Below are positions 38,967-52,190 of a DNA stretch of 64,000 bases, piece by piece. The DNA lies in NCBI RefSeq assembly GCF_006345805.1, contig NC_043007.1, positions 8,432,001 to 8,496,000 of the forward strand, in the 5' to 3' direction. The notes beneath the pieces are model-generated. The model searched no databases, had not been told where the DNA came from, and saw nothing but the letters and a program-made list of their open reading frames with translations. The stretch is from Octopus sinensis. Its lineage: Eukaryota. The stretch's first letter is position 1. Each line of letters starts with the position of its first letter. A program made the translations under genes and the position numbers.

Positions 38967-39054
38967 CATATATATATATCTATGTAACTATGTATGTATG
39001 TATGTATGTATGTGTATATCTGTGTGTGTGTATCTGTGTGTGTGTATCAGTATG

Positions 39055-39353
39055 GGAAGGCACATGGCTTAGTGTGCAGGGTATTTGACTGACGATTTTA
39101 AGATTGTAAGTTCGATTCCTGGCAGTGAGTTGTATCTCAAGTTTATCTCAAGCTGCACCAGTAATACAAAAGGGTTGGCGGGCAGCCTCGTCACATTTGG
39201 TGTGTCATGCTGAATCTCCATATGAACTATATTAAGGGAACACCTGTCCGTGGAGTACTCAGCCACCTGTACGTTTATTTCACGATCAGACTGTTCTGTT
39301 GATTGGATCAGCTGGAATACTCGTCGCCGTAACCGACAGAACCTGTGCCAGTT
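39055..39353 (+). mobile_element. tRNA-derived SINE of a third family
   Basis: GGCACATGGCTTAGTG (A box) ... GTTCGATTCC (B box) head; body AACTATATTAAGGG..GTGGAGTACTCAGCCAC. Related fragments at about 7870-7990 (-), 20087-20400 (+) and 30870-31160 (-). Confidence 0.65.
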
Positions 39354-39375
39354 ATATATATATATATATATATAC

Positions 39376-39422
39376 AACCACCACCACCACCACCACCACC
39401 AACCACCACCACCACCGCCGCC

Positions 39423-39454
<32 letters not shown>

Positions 39455-39470
39455 CGCAGCAGCAGCAGCA
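39376..39470. repeat. GC-rich compound trinucleotide tract (CAC)n(CGC)n(CAG)n
   Basis: Direct reading; lies in EFCAB2 intron 1. Confidence 0.9.
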
Positions 39471-39795
39471 AATGCAATAACAATAGCTTAAGGTAACAAC
39501 GAGAATCACCCTCTTAAACACACACAACATGCTGATGTCCTGGCTGTGATAAAAGAACACCAAAATAAAAACTCGAAAGGTGTCGTCCTTGAAATTATTA
39601 AGGTTAATGAAAAAAAAACATATTTCAAGGGAATTCCGTCGGAGGAGAGAAACCCAAAAGACTTGAAAGCGTCGACTGCTTCGTCAATTCCAAGGAAATT
39701 GCATCAGGATAAATACGAAATTGTCGTAAAACCATTTGGTTTTCTTTTCTTCATTTTCTCTCCATTGAAAAATCAACAAAAGAAGCAATATTTAC

Positions 39796-39838
39796 CGGCT
39801 TTTTCTTTTTTACTCTCTGTAAACTGAACCGCTGCCAT
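39796..39838 (-). CDS. EFCAB2: EFCAB2/DRC8 exon 1 coding part (MAAVQFTESKKEKA)
   Basis: ACCATGG Kozak-like start at 39838, 43 nt, phase-1 donor G|GTAAAT, which fits the phase of exon 2. Confidence 0.8.
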
Positions 39839-39844
39839 GGTTAC
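39831..39844 (-). promoter_or_regulatory. RFX X-box-like motif GTAACCATGGCAGC overlapping the EFCAB2 ATG
   Basis: One mismatch from the palindromic X-box GTNRCC-AT-RGYAAC; located at the start of a motile-cilia gene. Confidence 0.55.
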
Positions 39845-40225
39845 AAATGCGGTGTAAGAGGAAAAAAGTGATATCCTTAAGAAAAATGCAGCCGGTCTTT
39901 TTAAACTATGCAAACTTGCTGAAACGATTTACTTTACAAATATCAATGCAAAGCAAACAGGTAAGCATGTACGGGATCGCTTGGCTTGCTAAAAATAGCA
40001 GCTAAATTTTCTTCAAATCATACTGTCTTAAAAAGAATAACTATTTAAAATTTTGGCACAAGACCAGCAGGTTTTGAGAGGCGGGGAAGTCAATCACATC
40101 GACTTCATTACTTGACTGGTACTTATTTTAAGGAGCACGAAAAGATGAAAGACGGAATTTGAGTTCAGAGCATGAAGACGGACGAAATGCCGCTAAGCAT
40201 TTTGTTCGGCGCGATAACGGTTTTG

Positions 40226-40258
<33 letters not shown>

Positions 40259-41775
40259 ACACACACACACACACAGTGAAACAGAGACAAATTGATTAAA
40301 AAATTGCACAGAAGGCAGCAATTTGAAGAATCTCATACAAGCGGTGGTGGCGTTGCTACAGCGGCGGCGGCGTACGATGTGTGTTTCGGCATTGGCTGGT
40401 GCTGCTTGTACGAATTGCATGTTTTTGTCCCAGGTAAACGAGAGACATTGCAGTTACTGCGTATGCAGAGTCTCTCGCATTGAGAAAACTGGCATATTTT
40501 GGGGTATCATGCGATTATAGATTTTACTTTATTTACAGTTGGCAGATTTATCATGGAACTGTGAGGCGTAGATTCAAAATGAAGCGGACAGAGGTGGGAA
40601 GAAAGGAGTGACAGTAGTAGTGGTCATGGTTGTAACAGTAGAATATTATGGCAATGATGAAGATGGGTCAGTTGTAGTATTCAGCGAAAACAAAGAATGT
40701 GGATAGCTGGACAGTGAAGGAGTTTAATAGGTCATCAATTGTGCTAGTTTTGAAGAGTGACCATACTGCTGGTCATACTGTTCGTCCAGGAGTATATCTT
40801 TCTCGAGAATTCCCTTGGGAATTTAATGACCAGCTTCACCAGTTAACATTTTGGTCCTTTTATTTATTCATTTTTGTCCTTCGTTCTTGTTTTGAGATGG
40901 AACCTAACTTCAAGCAACTTTTTACAGATCAATTTTTAGACATTATTTTCTAAACCTATCAAACGTTGACATTATTTTCAAAAAACCTTCTGCTCTCTGC
41001 AGACAGGATTGTTACCTTCTGAGCGAACATATGAACTCAAACTCCGTTGAGGTTGACTTTGTCTTTCATCCTTTCCGAGGAGATAAACTAAATACCAGTT
41101 AAATACTGGCGTCAATGTAATCGACTCACCCCCCCTCCTTCAAATTTTCAAGCCTTCTGCCAATTGCTAAGAGGTTTATCTCATTCCAGTCTAAGACTGT
41201 AGAATCGTTACTGAGCACCGAACGAAATACTCAGCAGCATTTCTTCCGACATTGCATTCCGAGTTCAAATGCTGTTGAGATCGACTTTGCCTTTCATCCT
41301 TTGGAGATCGATAAAATAGTTCAAAGAGAAAAAAATGCTTTGCGGTATTTCTTCCGATTTCTTTGTTCATTTCCCACCGAGTTCCACTTTACTTCTCATT
41401 TTTTTGGGGTTGATAAAGTAAAGTACCAGTCACGTACTGAGGTGAATGGCATCAACTAGCGGCCTCCTCGCCAAATTTCAGGCCTCGTACCTAGATTAGA
41501 AACCCTTATTATACGCTGTCTCTTTATTAAGGGAATAAATTTGGGAAAAGGTTTTACGGAGTTTTTTCCCTTTGTTTAAAAAAAATTCCTTTCCTCTCAG
41601 TCTGACTTCTAAAACCTTCTATCGACAGCGTTAACCTACTTCGATTTTGTATCTGGTTTGCAAGATTCTTTATGTGAATTCGTATATTGAAGCAAATTTT
41701 GTTGAGTCTGTGGAGAGTCATATTATCTCAATGCCATATTATCTAACACACTCACCGGTTCGATTTCCACTCATT

Positions 41776-41905
<130 letters not shown>

Positions 41906-42682
41906 ATTTTTTCTTCCAAAATTTCCGTTGCTATTGCAACCTTGTCAACAGATGTCAACATCCGTTGTCAAGGTTACAAAAGCAACGAAAATTTTGGGAG
42001 AAAAAAAATATAAATAATAAATGAGTGGAAATCGAACCGGTGAGTGTGTTCGATGAAAAGGCATTAAGACAATATGACTCTCCCCAGGCACAACAAAATA
42101 TCATAAATAGTAGAGAAAACTTAGACTTCATCAACTGTACATGCGTGTGTGTGTGTGTGTGTGTGTGTGCTCGCGCTGCGCACACACACAAATCTCAAAA
42201 GGAAATAGATGTATCTTTTCATACTGTATTTGTTTCTGTGCGGACGCTATCCTGGTGTAAGGCATGTCTCCTAAATCCTCGATTAAGTATTTAAAAGCAT
42301 CAAATGACATTATTTGGTTTCTAGAAATAAGTCTTTTGCAAACAGGACTGAGGACCTTCCTCTTGAAGTTTAATTCTTAATAACCAACATTTGCAAGTTG
42401 CCAAAATTCTCGTCAGTTGTTCTGTTTTAGTTGGTCACGGGAACATCGTAGCAAAGATAATCTGTACCCTAACACCAAAACTTAGATAATCTGTACCTAC
42501 TTATTTAAAGATTAGTGGATCAGACCAATGTTTCTAGTGAAGTGGTGGTGGGCAGGAACGCTCAAGGGGTAAGCCTGAGTGGATTGGTTAAGGGTGAGAA
42601 AAACTTGTCTACCTCCACGGCAAGCGTAAGAGGGACACCATGTCTATTTTTTTAAAAATTACTAAAGGCGGTGTGTGTGTGT

Positions 42683-42732
<50 letters not shown>

Positions 42733-43153
42733 TGTGTGTGTGTGAGTGTGAGTGTGAGTGTGTGTGAAGGGAATTCCACTAATATCTTTTGGATGGAGGA
42801 AGAGTGTAAGTCTGGTATTTGTCATAACCAAAATGTCGAAGAATCAAACGGCCAAATCTACCCCTGGGTTGAGTAATTTAGTAATTAAATATTTTGGTCA
42901 TGGCACAGAGATTTAAGCTTTAATCCGTTGTTCGGCTTAATATCACCACCATATTCTTGCGGTGCTTTTAATGGAGTCCCCAGTGTCACAAATGTTCGGA
43001 TTAAGTCTTCTGTTGGAAGATATCGGAATGTGTTTTATTATTTGTGTTACTTGATATTGCGGCAGGCGATGTTTCGTCGTTTCATTCTTCCTTTTGCACA
43101 ATAAGTATCAGAAGCGTTACCATGGATATGGGGTACCCGTTGTTATTTGAGCT

Positions 43154-43587
43154 GAAGAAGAAGAGGAGGAGAAAGAAGAAGGAGAAGAAGAAGAAAGAAA
43201 GAAAAGGAGGAGAAGAAGAAAGAAAGGGAGAAAGAAAAGGAGAAGGAGAAGAAATGTAGGAATAGTAGAATTAAGAAAATGAGGAGGGGAGAAGAAAAGG
43301 AGGAGGAGAAGTAAGAAGAAGAAAGAAAAGGAAGAGAAGGAGAATAAGAAAGAGAGAGAGAGAAAGAAAAGGAGAAGAAGAAAAATAAGAATAAGAAGGA
43401 GGCGGACAAGAAGAAGGAGGAGGAGGCGGATAAGAAAAGAAGGAAAGAAGAAGAAGAAGAAGAAGAAGAAGAAGAAGAAAAGAAGAAGAAGAAGAAGTGG
43501 AAGAAGTAGAAGGAGTAGAAGAAGAAGAAGAAGAAGAGAAGAAGAAGAAGAAGAAGAAGAAGAAGAAGAAGAAGAAGAAGAAGAAGA
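43154..43587. repeat. ~430-bp polypurine (GAA/GGA/AAG) low-complexity tract
   Basis: + strand almost entirely A/G, ending in perfect (GAA)n. Confidence 0.92.
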
Positions 43588-44408
43588 CAACTCCCAGTGA
43601 TGGTTTATTCAAAACAACCAAGCGTCGGGGAAGGTCGGAAGTAATGCCTTGTGGTGTTTGTTCCTGCTCCTTACATTTTGAGTTCAGATTTCGCCGAGGT
43701 CAACAGTTTCTTTTCGTCCCTTCGGGGGTCGATAAAACAAAGTACCGGTATTACTGGCACTGATGCTATTACTAGGAGCGATGGTGTTACTTTACTGCCC
43801 CTCCCCTTAACATTGCTAACTTGATCCTAAATTAGAAACCTTCCTAGGGTTGTATAAATCCCTTTTGCTTTTGTTTCCGATTTCTTTGGTCACGTGATTC
43901 ACCCGAAAAAAAGAAAAGAAAAGAAAAATGCATTTCCCTTAAAATTACGATAAAGCTGGGGTGGCGAGCTGGCAGAGTCGTTAGCACGCCGGGTAAAATG
44001 CTTGGCAGCATTACGTGCGTTCAAATCCCGCCGAAGCAGATTTTGTCTTTCATCTCAATCGGGGTCGATAAATAAAGTACCAGTTGCGTACTGGGGTCGA
44101 TGTAATTGACTTAACTCCTTCCCCAAAATTGCTAGCCTTGTGTTAAAACTGGAAACCATTATTACTATAAAGCTTCTTTCTGTGAGTGAATTTTGAAAAT
44201 ATAAGTTCTATGCTTGGCCAAAAGTAAAACAAATGTGAGCCAACCTTCAAAACCAGCAACTGAAAGGAGCTTTGAGTGGCGAATGGGGATTGGGGGGGGG
44301 TGCTGTGAAGATCTGCTTTTAGAAACTGAGGCCGAGATGGTAAAAAAATAGAGAAATTATTTGTGAAACCGTTGCTCTTTCACTTATGTCTCATTGTCCG
44401 AGATGGGA

Positions 44409-44470
44409 AATTTTTTTCCTACGAGAGTTCCGGACCACAGTAATGAACTCATTTGCATACATCCAATCAG
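44409..44470 (-). promoter_or_regulatory. 62-bp module, copy 1 (CCAAT box, octamer, ETS-like CCGGAA)
   Basis: Octamer ATTTGCAT 44451-44458, CCAAT 44463-44467, TTCCGG at 44428-44433; 57/62 identical to the reverse complement of 45163-45224. Function is inferred. Confidence 0.5.
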
Positions 44471-45162
44471 TGCTCACCTTGACCTTGTTGTCAAGTTAAC
44501 AAACACACTCTACCAAGGAAACTCGAGACGAAGAACAATGTTGTAAGTCGACCGACCGCCGCCGCCGCCGCCGCCAAGTCCTGTCTGGCTTTAGAAGGAG
44601 ACAAGTAATTAGATAGATTTGCATCGGGTTTTGTTAGGGCCCCATAAGGTTAAGATGTGGATGGGGAAAAAAATGTGGGTAGAGGGTGATGTTCAAGCAA
44701 CCCTCTCCTCTTACTGCTTTACAAAGTAAACAACAACACAAATAACTCCGCAGAGGCAGCCATGGTTGAAACAAGAACAAGAACAACAAGCATTCTTAAA
44801 AGAGAAAAGAAGCATGGTCATTCTTGGACCAAGTGACCTCATCTTATCGCCTGACTGGGTGAAAAGGATCAAACTTTAAACCTCCATAACTTTTTAAAAA
44901 CATTTTTCTGGAAAAAATGAAAAAAACTCCAGCAATTCAGTTTGGGCGAATGTATTATTGCGCCAACGTCGGAATGACCAGTGAATATCGAAGGATGAAC
45001 ACCGAGAAGGAAATTATTTACATATATTTATTCGTTTGGCCGACAGGAAGTTAGAAAGACAGTAGTGATAGCGAAAAGGTTGCTGTCTGCTATTAGAGAG
45101 GGAAAGAGTAAGGAATGTACGGTGCTGACTAGAAAGGAAGAAAAGATATAGGTGGCTATCCT

Positions 45163-45224
45163 CTGATTGGTTGTATGCAAATGAGTTCATTACTGGGATC
45201 CGGAACTGTCGTGGGAAAAAAATT
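45163..45224 (+). promoter_or_regulatory. 62-bp module, copy 2 (inverted)
   Basis: CTGATTGG-TTGT-ATGCAAAT-GAGTTCATTACTGGGAT-CCGGAAC, followed by E2F-like TTCGCGCC. Function is inferred. Confidence 0.5.
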
Positions 45225-45534
45225 CGCGCCAGGGCCATACGGGCAACACAAACTAACAGTGAAGAGCGTTTAGTGATGTCGTTCGTTGGGTTATTGTGTG
45301 CCTTGATTTAGGGATTTAGGGATTTGCGATTAGCGGCGTGGTGACGAAACACGGCATGCGGTTCATAATGTTAGAAGCAAGGTGTTAGCTGTTCCCACTG
45401 ATCCACAGTATTTGACTGGCACTTTATTTTATGGACCCTGAAAGGACGAAAGGCAAAATTGACTTCGGTGGGATTTAAACTCAGAATATAAGGAGTCGGA
45501 AGAAATGCCGCCAACCATTTTGTTCGACGCGCTA

Positions 45535-45950
45535 ACGATTTAATAATAATAACAATCCTTTCTACTCTAGGCACAAGGCCTGAAATTCCGGGGGAGGGGA
45601 TCAGTCAATTACATCGACCCCAATTGCGTAACTGGTATGTATTTTATCGACCCCGAAAGGATGAAAGGCAAAGTCGACCTCGGCGGAATTTCAACTCAGA
45701 ATGTAGCGACAGATGAAATACCTATTTTTTTACTACCCACAAGGGGGCTAAACACAGAGGACAAACAAGGATAGACAAACGGATTAAGTCGATTATATTG
45801 ACCCCAGTGTGTAACTGGTACTTATTTAATCGACTCCAAAAGGATGAAAGGCAAAGTCGACCTCGGCGGAATTTCAACTAAGAACGTAGCGGCAGATGAA
45901 ATACCGCTAAGCATTTCGCCCAGCGTGCTAATAGTTCTGCCAGCGTGCTA
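45535..45950 (-). mobile_element. Dimeric OR-like tRNA SINE
   Basis: Head + core + tail A, junction AAAAAATAG|GTATTTC, second core + tail B ending in (TAT)n. Confidence 0.85.
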
Positions 45951-46244
45951 CCTTCGCCTTATCGATAATAAGTTTATGAAAGGGGGGGGAGGTGTCAGTC
46001 GACTGCATTGCCTCTAGTACTTCACTTGTACTTTATTTTATCGACCCTGAAAGAATGAAAAAAAAAAGTTGACCTTGGAACGTAAAGAACCAGAAGAAAA
46101 ACTGTTTTTGAGCAGCTTTCGCCGAGAGAAAATATTTAAGTGTCGTCCCATGTTTTTGTATGCAGAATAAATGTCCCAGACATCGACATTTTAATCTCAT
46201 GTTATTTCATTATTATTAGTTTTATTAAGCCTTCATGTCTATCT

Positions 46245-46850
46245 AAAGCGGCGTGCTGGCAGAATCGTTAGCACGCCGGACGAAATGCTTTGCGGTATTT
46301 CATCTGCCGTTACGTTCTGGGTTCAAATTCCGCCGAGGTCGACTTTGCCTTTCATCCTTTCGGGGTCGATAAATTAAGTACCAGTTATGCACTGGGGTCG
46401 ATGTAATCGACTTAATCCGTTTGTCTGTCCTTGTTTGTCCCCTCTGTGTTTAGCCCCTTGTGGGTAGTAAAGAAATAGAAAGAGGTATTTTGTCCGTCTT
46501 TACGTTCTGAGATCAAATTCCGCCGAGGTCGACTTTGCCTTGCATCCTTTCGGGGTCGATAAATTAAGTACCAGTTATGCACTGGGGTCGATGTAATCGA
46601 CTATTCCCCTCCTCCAAATTTCAGGCCTTGTGCCTATAGTAGAAATGAATCGTTATCACACCGGACAAAATGCTTAGCGGCATTTCGTCCGTCTTTACAT
46701 TCTGAGTTCAAATTCTGCCGAGGTCGACTTTGCTTTTCGTTCTTTCGTGATTGATAAAATAAGTACCAGTTGAGAAATGAGGTCGGTGTAATCGTCTTGG
46801 CCCTTCCCCTGAAATTGCTGGCCTTGTGCCAAAATTTGAAACCAATATTT
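46245..46850 (+). mobile_element. Trimeric OR-like tRNA SINE cluster
   Basis: Three successive GAGGTCGACTTTGC cores (about 46336, 46526, 46720) with tail A then tail B; inverted relative to 45535-45950. Confidence 0.85.
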
Positions 46851-47754
46851 CATGTCTATATAAAGCCTTTCCATTATTACTCAAATCATTCAAGCAACAC
46901 GTGATTTAAGAATCTGATGCTTGTGAGACCAGGAAATATTTGGAAAGAAAATCAGAATATTACAAGTTTCGATCCCAAACGAGAAGACTTGAACGAGGAA
47001 TGCTTGTTCTTGTTTTTCTTTTTTGTTTCTTTCTGTGATACAATATGAAGGTTTTTCGAAAAGCGTCAAGTACCCTAACAAACACATCCCGCTTTATCTA
47101 ATTCAATAAAGCTATTGAGAAACGTACGGGCACTACACAATCTCATCTTTCTTATTTCTTCCAGAAAAATCAAATGGAAGAGTTTTTGTGTTTGTGAAAG
47201 AAATCTGTTTGAGGTCGTCGTAACTTTTCACTTTTATATGCGATATTTTACTCCAAGGTATTTGTCACATGACTATTGAAACATATCATTCACGTATATT
47301 CAGTGTCAATGTCCCCGAAAAGCAAGATATGAGTTATACTTTCTTCCTTTGAATATTCCAGCCAACCGTGCTTGATAGATATACTGAAAACAGTATTGAT
47401 CGTAAACACACACACACACATTCGTATTTCCGTTATTTGCTAAGTTTTCCACTGGCTGGTTTCGACGCCATATTCTCTTTCCAGATGCTTCTAATATATC
47501 GTCTTGTGAACTATGTTGAAGAGGATATAAAACACAACTTTCTCTGATTTACAAGTTTCCTTCGAGTTCTAATTTCACCGATGTATTTGCATTGGTGCTG
47601 AAGTGGTTTCGACTTATCGTTGTTGGCGCAAATACCGTAACTACCATCCAGATACAAACCAAAAGAAAAAGGAGAGGAAAGCAAGTATAATCGATTCATT
47701 TGATCGAAGAAAAATACTTGAGATCGATTAAAGTAACCTTGGAGACTGAACAAC

Positions 47755-48018
47755 ATGTTAAATAATGTATCCCGAGACACACTATGCTTGAAAAACACAT
47801 TGGATAATATAGTCCAAGATAGACTATGGTTAAAAGAAACATTACATAATGTAGTTCTAGATGCATTATGTCAGAAAGATACATTGAATAATGTAGTCTT
47901 AGATACATTGTGACAGAAAGACATTAAAGAACGTAGTTGTAGATATACTATGTCCGAAGGCCACATTATTTGATATAGTGTTAGATACACTATGTTTGAG
48001 AGACACAGTGAATAATGG
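47755..48018. repeat. Degenerate ~40-bp minisatellite, about 6 units
   Basis: Units like ACATTGAATAATGTAGTCTTAGATACATTGTGACAGAAAG. Confidence 0.7.
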
Positions 48019-49657
48019 CAAAGTTATGAGCACCCCGTTGAGTTGGAAGCAGAGTCAGGGAATAAGAGCTTCCATTCGATGACTTCAGATGTTCTTTAAG
48101 AGATTCATACATGTCTAGCTACCACATGTACAGGCGCACACACGCACACGAATGCACGCGCGCTCGCACACACATATTTCTATAGACACGCACATACATA
48201 TTGCACGGAAGGACGACGAAGGAACTTGTGGAAAACAGGAAAAACACACAAAGGATGTGGACACACTTACCCCTCATCAGTTAATGACCAAAACTCATCG
48301 CAATTTCGATGCCTTATCGATAACATTGTTCAGTTTTGTGTTGCCAACAGCAAAATGCTGCTAAGGTGTAGAAGAGCGAACATGAATGCCAGGATGAGAC
48401 AAGTACAAAAGCAACGGGTTCTCTAGACCGAACGGTAAAAGGACGAGTTATGAGAGGAACGGAAATATGTATAAAAGGGAAAAGCAAAGGCAATAAAGAG
48501 AGGATAAACAGATAATGATTGACGCAGGTAGTTTTATTCATAGAAGGCCCTTCAGCCTCTGACACAAGGCTAATAGGAAAGAATGCGTACCAGTTGTATA
48601 TTAGTGATAGATGTAACGGATGCACTGCTTGTTAGTATTGAGAACAGATTAGTTAAAACTACGTGGGACAGTCTGATAAGCAGCAAATGAATTCACAGAA
48701 AGAAATAAGTAAATTCTTACAGATTTTATTTATCGGCCTCAATTCATCTATTTAAGGACTATGTATAGAGTTTGTAGTTGTCGTCTATTTTACTGTGGTA
48801 AAAAAATGATAGTACCACCGAGGTCGACTTTGCCTTTCATCCTTTCGGAGTCGATGAATTAAGTACCAGTTGCGTACCCCCCACCCAGAATTTAGGGCCT
48901 TGTGCCTAGAGTAGAAAAGAGAATGATAGCGATAAGACTAGCAGTCGTGTACTTCTGACCAAGTGACGGATAAGAAAGAGAGATATGCTAACTCTGGCAA
49001 ATACCTCGCGAAAGAGAGAGGTGCTCCTCTGGCAAGGTGCCCGGGTGAAAGAGGGAAAGAATTCTGTTTGGGTTCTATACAAGTTTGACAACTGGAAATA
49101 GGTCGGGAGAACAAAAGAAGGCGAATGTGCTTATCTATGTAAAACAGAATTTCAGCTAAGATATTCAGTTAAAGAATAGGACGAAGTAAGGCAGTTGACT
49201 CATACTTTTCCAGGTACGAATGTCAAGAATAATGGAAAGAAGCTTATCGGAGAATTTAGGCTGCGGTTTCGATTCTTAGCAGAGAATCCAACAAACGAAT
49301 CGTTTCAAATGCGATCCTTTCAAATTTAGAAATAATATCCGAAGAAAAACAAGACGAAACATGAGCTGAAAGGAGATTTGAAATCTATGAAAGGAGTTGA
49401 AAAAAACCCAAATGACCAATCGAGCGATGAACCCAAAAAGGGGATGGTTTGTTTTGGAAAAATGATGGTCACAAGGTACATTTTAGGAAAGGGAAAGAAA
49501 GGGGGAAGAGATGCGAAGAGGAAGGGTCGCACCAAGAGAAGAAAGAATACGAATGAACGAAATAAAAACGTAGAGAGAACGTTATACACACACACAAATG
49601 CATACAAACACACACACACACACACACACACAAATGCATACGAACACACACACACAC

Positions 49658-49688
<31 letters not shown>

Positions 49689-52190
49689 TGCATACAAATT
49701 AGGAAGTATATATGAGTAGCATGAAAATATGGCTGTTGCGGCTGTTGCTGTTGTTGTTACTCAAGATAAAATGTGTTCTGACGCTCATGGCAAAGACGAC
49801 GACGGTTATGATGATGATGATTGGAAATAACCATAAAGTGTAATAACAGAGAGACTTCACCAAGCTGTCTTCTCCATAATTATAAAAAAAACAGTATAAA
49901 AAAAAACAAAACAAAACAAAATAAAACAAAAGTAAACACAATTGAAAGAAATATAGAAATGAAAATGAAAGTAATAATAACAACAATGATGATGATAATG
50001 ATGATGATGATAATAATAATAATAATAATAATAATGGAAAATTTTCCTTTTGCTTTTCATGCAAATTTCTGGAATGAAATCTTGGTAATTCCGACGCTGA
50101 TCGTATCTTTTGGCGATTGAATTCTTGTTAATTACCAACCTTTTTTGTTTGCTTTTAATTGCTGTTTATTGTTTAATGCTTTTTTTTTACTCCAGCCAGG
50201 GCTTTGTGCATGCTCTTTGTGCAGCTACTGCTGTTGTTGTTATTGTTGTTGTTGTTGTTGTTGTTCTTCTTCTTCTTCTTCTTCTTCTTCTCCTTTTTAT
50301 CCCCTCCTCCTCCTCCTCCTCCTCCTCCTCCTCCTCCATCACTTCCGGGTCTGCTTGTGTTTTTTCTCTTCCGCATCTTCTGACACTTCAACGATTCACA
50401 CACGTTAAACATGTCAAATAGATAAAGATTTTAGTCTTGGAGTGTTTCTATCGCATAATACAAATACATGTCATTAATATTTTATGAAGAGAAGGCCGAA
50501 CGATGGCCAGAACCGTTCGAACAACGGGAAGCATGCTTTGTGGGATTTCCCTAGCTTCTTTTACATTCTGAATTGAAATCCCACCGGAATCAGTTCATTC
50601 CTGCCGGGGCGATAAAAACATAGCCCCGGTCAAGTACTGGACTGCATAGATTAGACTAGCACCTTCCCCTCAAAATTACTGGCCTTGTGCTTAAATCAGA
50701 AACCATTATTATTGTCAAGGCAGCAAGGTGGCGAGTTGGTAGAATTGCTAGCACGCCGGACTAAAGGCTTAGCGGCATTTCGTCTATCTTTACGTTCTGA
50801 GTTCAAATTCCACCGAGGTCGACTTTGCCTTTAATCCTTTCGGGTTCGAGGAAATAAATACCAGTTGAGTACGGGGGTCACTGTAATTGACTTAATCCCT
50901 TCCGCCACAAAGCCCCAAGCCTTGCGCCTTTAGTAGAAAGGATTATTAAGGCAGCGATCTGGTAGAATCGATAGAGCGTCGGAGAAACATACCTTATGAT
51001 TCTTGTTCCGGTTTTTTATATAATGGGCTCAAATCCCGCCATAAGTTCGATAAAATAAAGCACTAGTCAAGTACTGGGGTCGAATGTATCAACTAACCCT
51101 TCCCTCAAAATGACTGCCCTTTTCACGAAATTAGGAGCCGTCCATTATTAATACTTAGAAAACCATAGGTTGGGAAGAATCGTCAGAGCTTTGGGTTCAA
51201 AATGCCGAAGAAAATTTTATTCGCTGAGTTTAGATCTCATAACGATCGTCTTTGCCTTTCATTTCACTGACGTTGATAAGATAAAGCGCCAGTTAAATTA
51301 CTACCATGAATTTAATCGATTATATCTTCTACCCTCCTTAAATTTGTGACCACTTGACCATACCAGAGACATTAACGTTGTTACTTTTGATAATCAATGA
51401 AGCGAGACGCAACAGAACAACAGAAGCAACGAATTGTTGTATGAAACCCACTACACAACACTCTCCGCCGTCCCCAGCCCTTCAACAATATAAGTCAGCT
51501 GACTTATGGGACCCTGCAAGTTCTATGCCAACTATTCCTGGCAGCGTATGAGATTCACTTCCAACACACCAGAAGCTGCTTGGCAGGTGACTTGGAGCCA
51601 TTTTCTTCGCTTGGCCTTCCACATTCTCCTTTACACCAAATAATCACGTCTCCAAGTCAAAAGAAAGGTTCACTCACAGCTGAGCTGCAGCAATTCACGC
51701 AAAGGCAACTACTCGTAGAAAATTGCCCCTACCCGGTACAAAGTGTCTCACCTGGTGTAAGATTATCATACGAACTACGAATGTTGTCCACGTGCTCTTA
51801 TACCCACCTGATTACAGACTCTATCTTGGGTTAAACAACAAATGCAGCTAACTTCGGATCTCAGAGCACTAGGAATAAATAAAAGTGAAATGGCCCAACC
51901 AAAAATCGAACTGTTGCCGTGAAATCATTTCAGTGGCAACTCAACAAGACCTTTCACTGATTACATTACGAACATTTTGTATTCCATTCTATGTTCAAGG
52001 TCTTTGTACTTCACTAAGCCAGTGTTTATCTCTGGTTACCAAAGGTGGTGAGCGGATGTAATGCAAATCTTGGTTTGACAGGTTGGTTTGAGAGGCATTC
52101 AATTTCAGTATTGAAAGCCGTCTAACGCAAATATCAACTTTACAAAGCTGCCGCAACTTACAGATATGCATTGTAATATTCTACTCATAA

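Noticed and set aside
51445-51834. 130-codon stop-free + frame in non-repetitive sequence
   Set aside because: No ATG start, no flanking splice signals and no recognisable domain; possibly an old retroelement end. A TBLASTX search would be needed to revive it.
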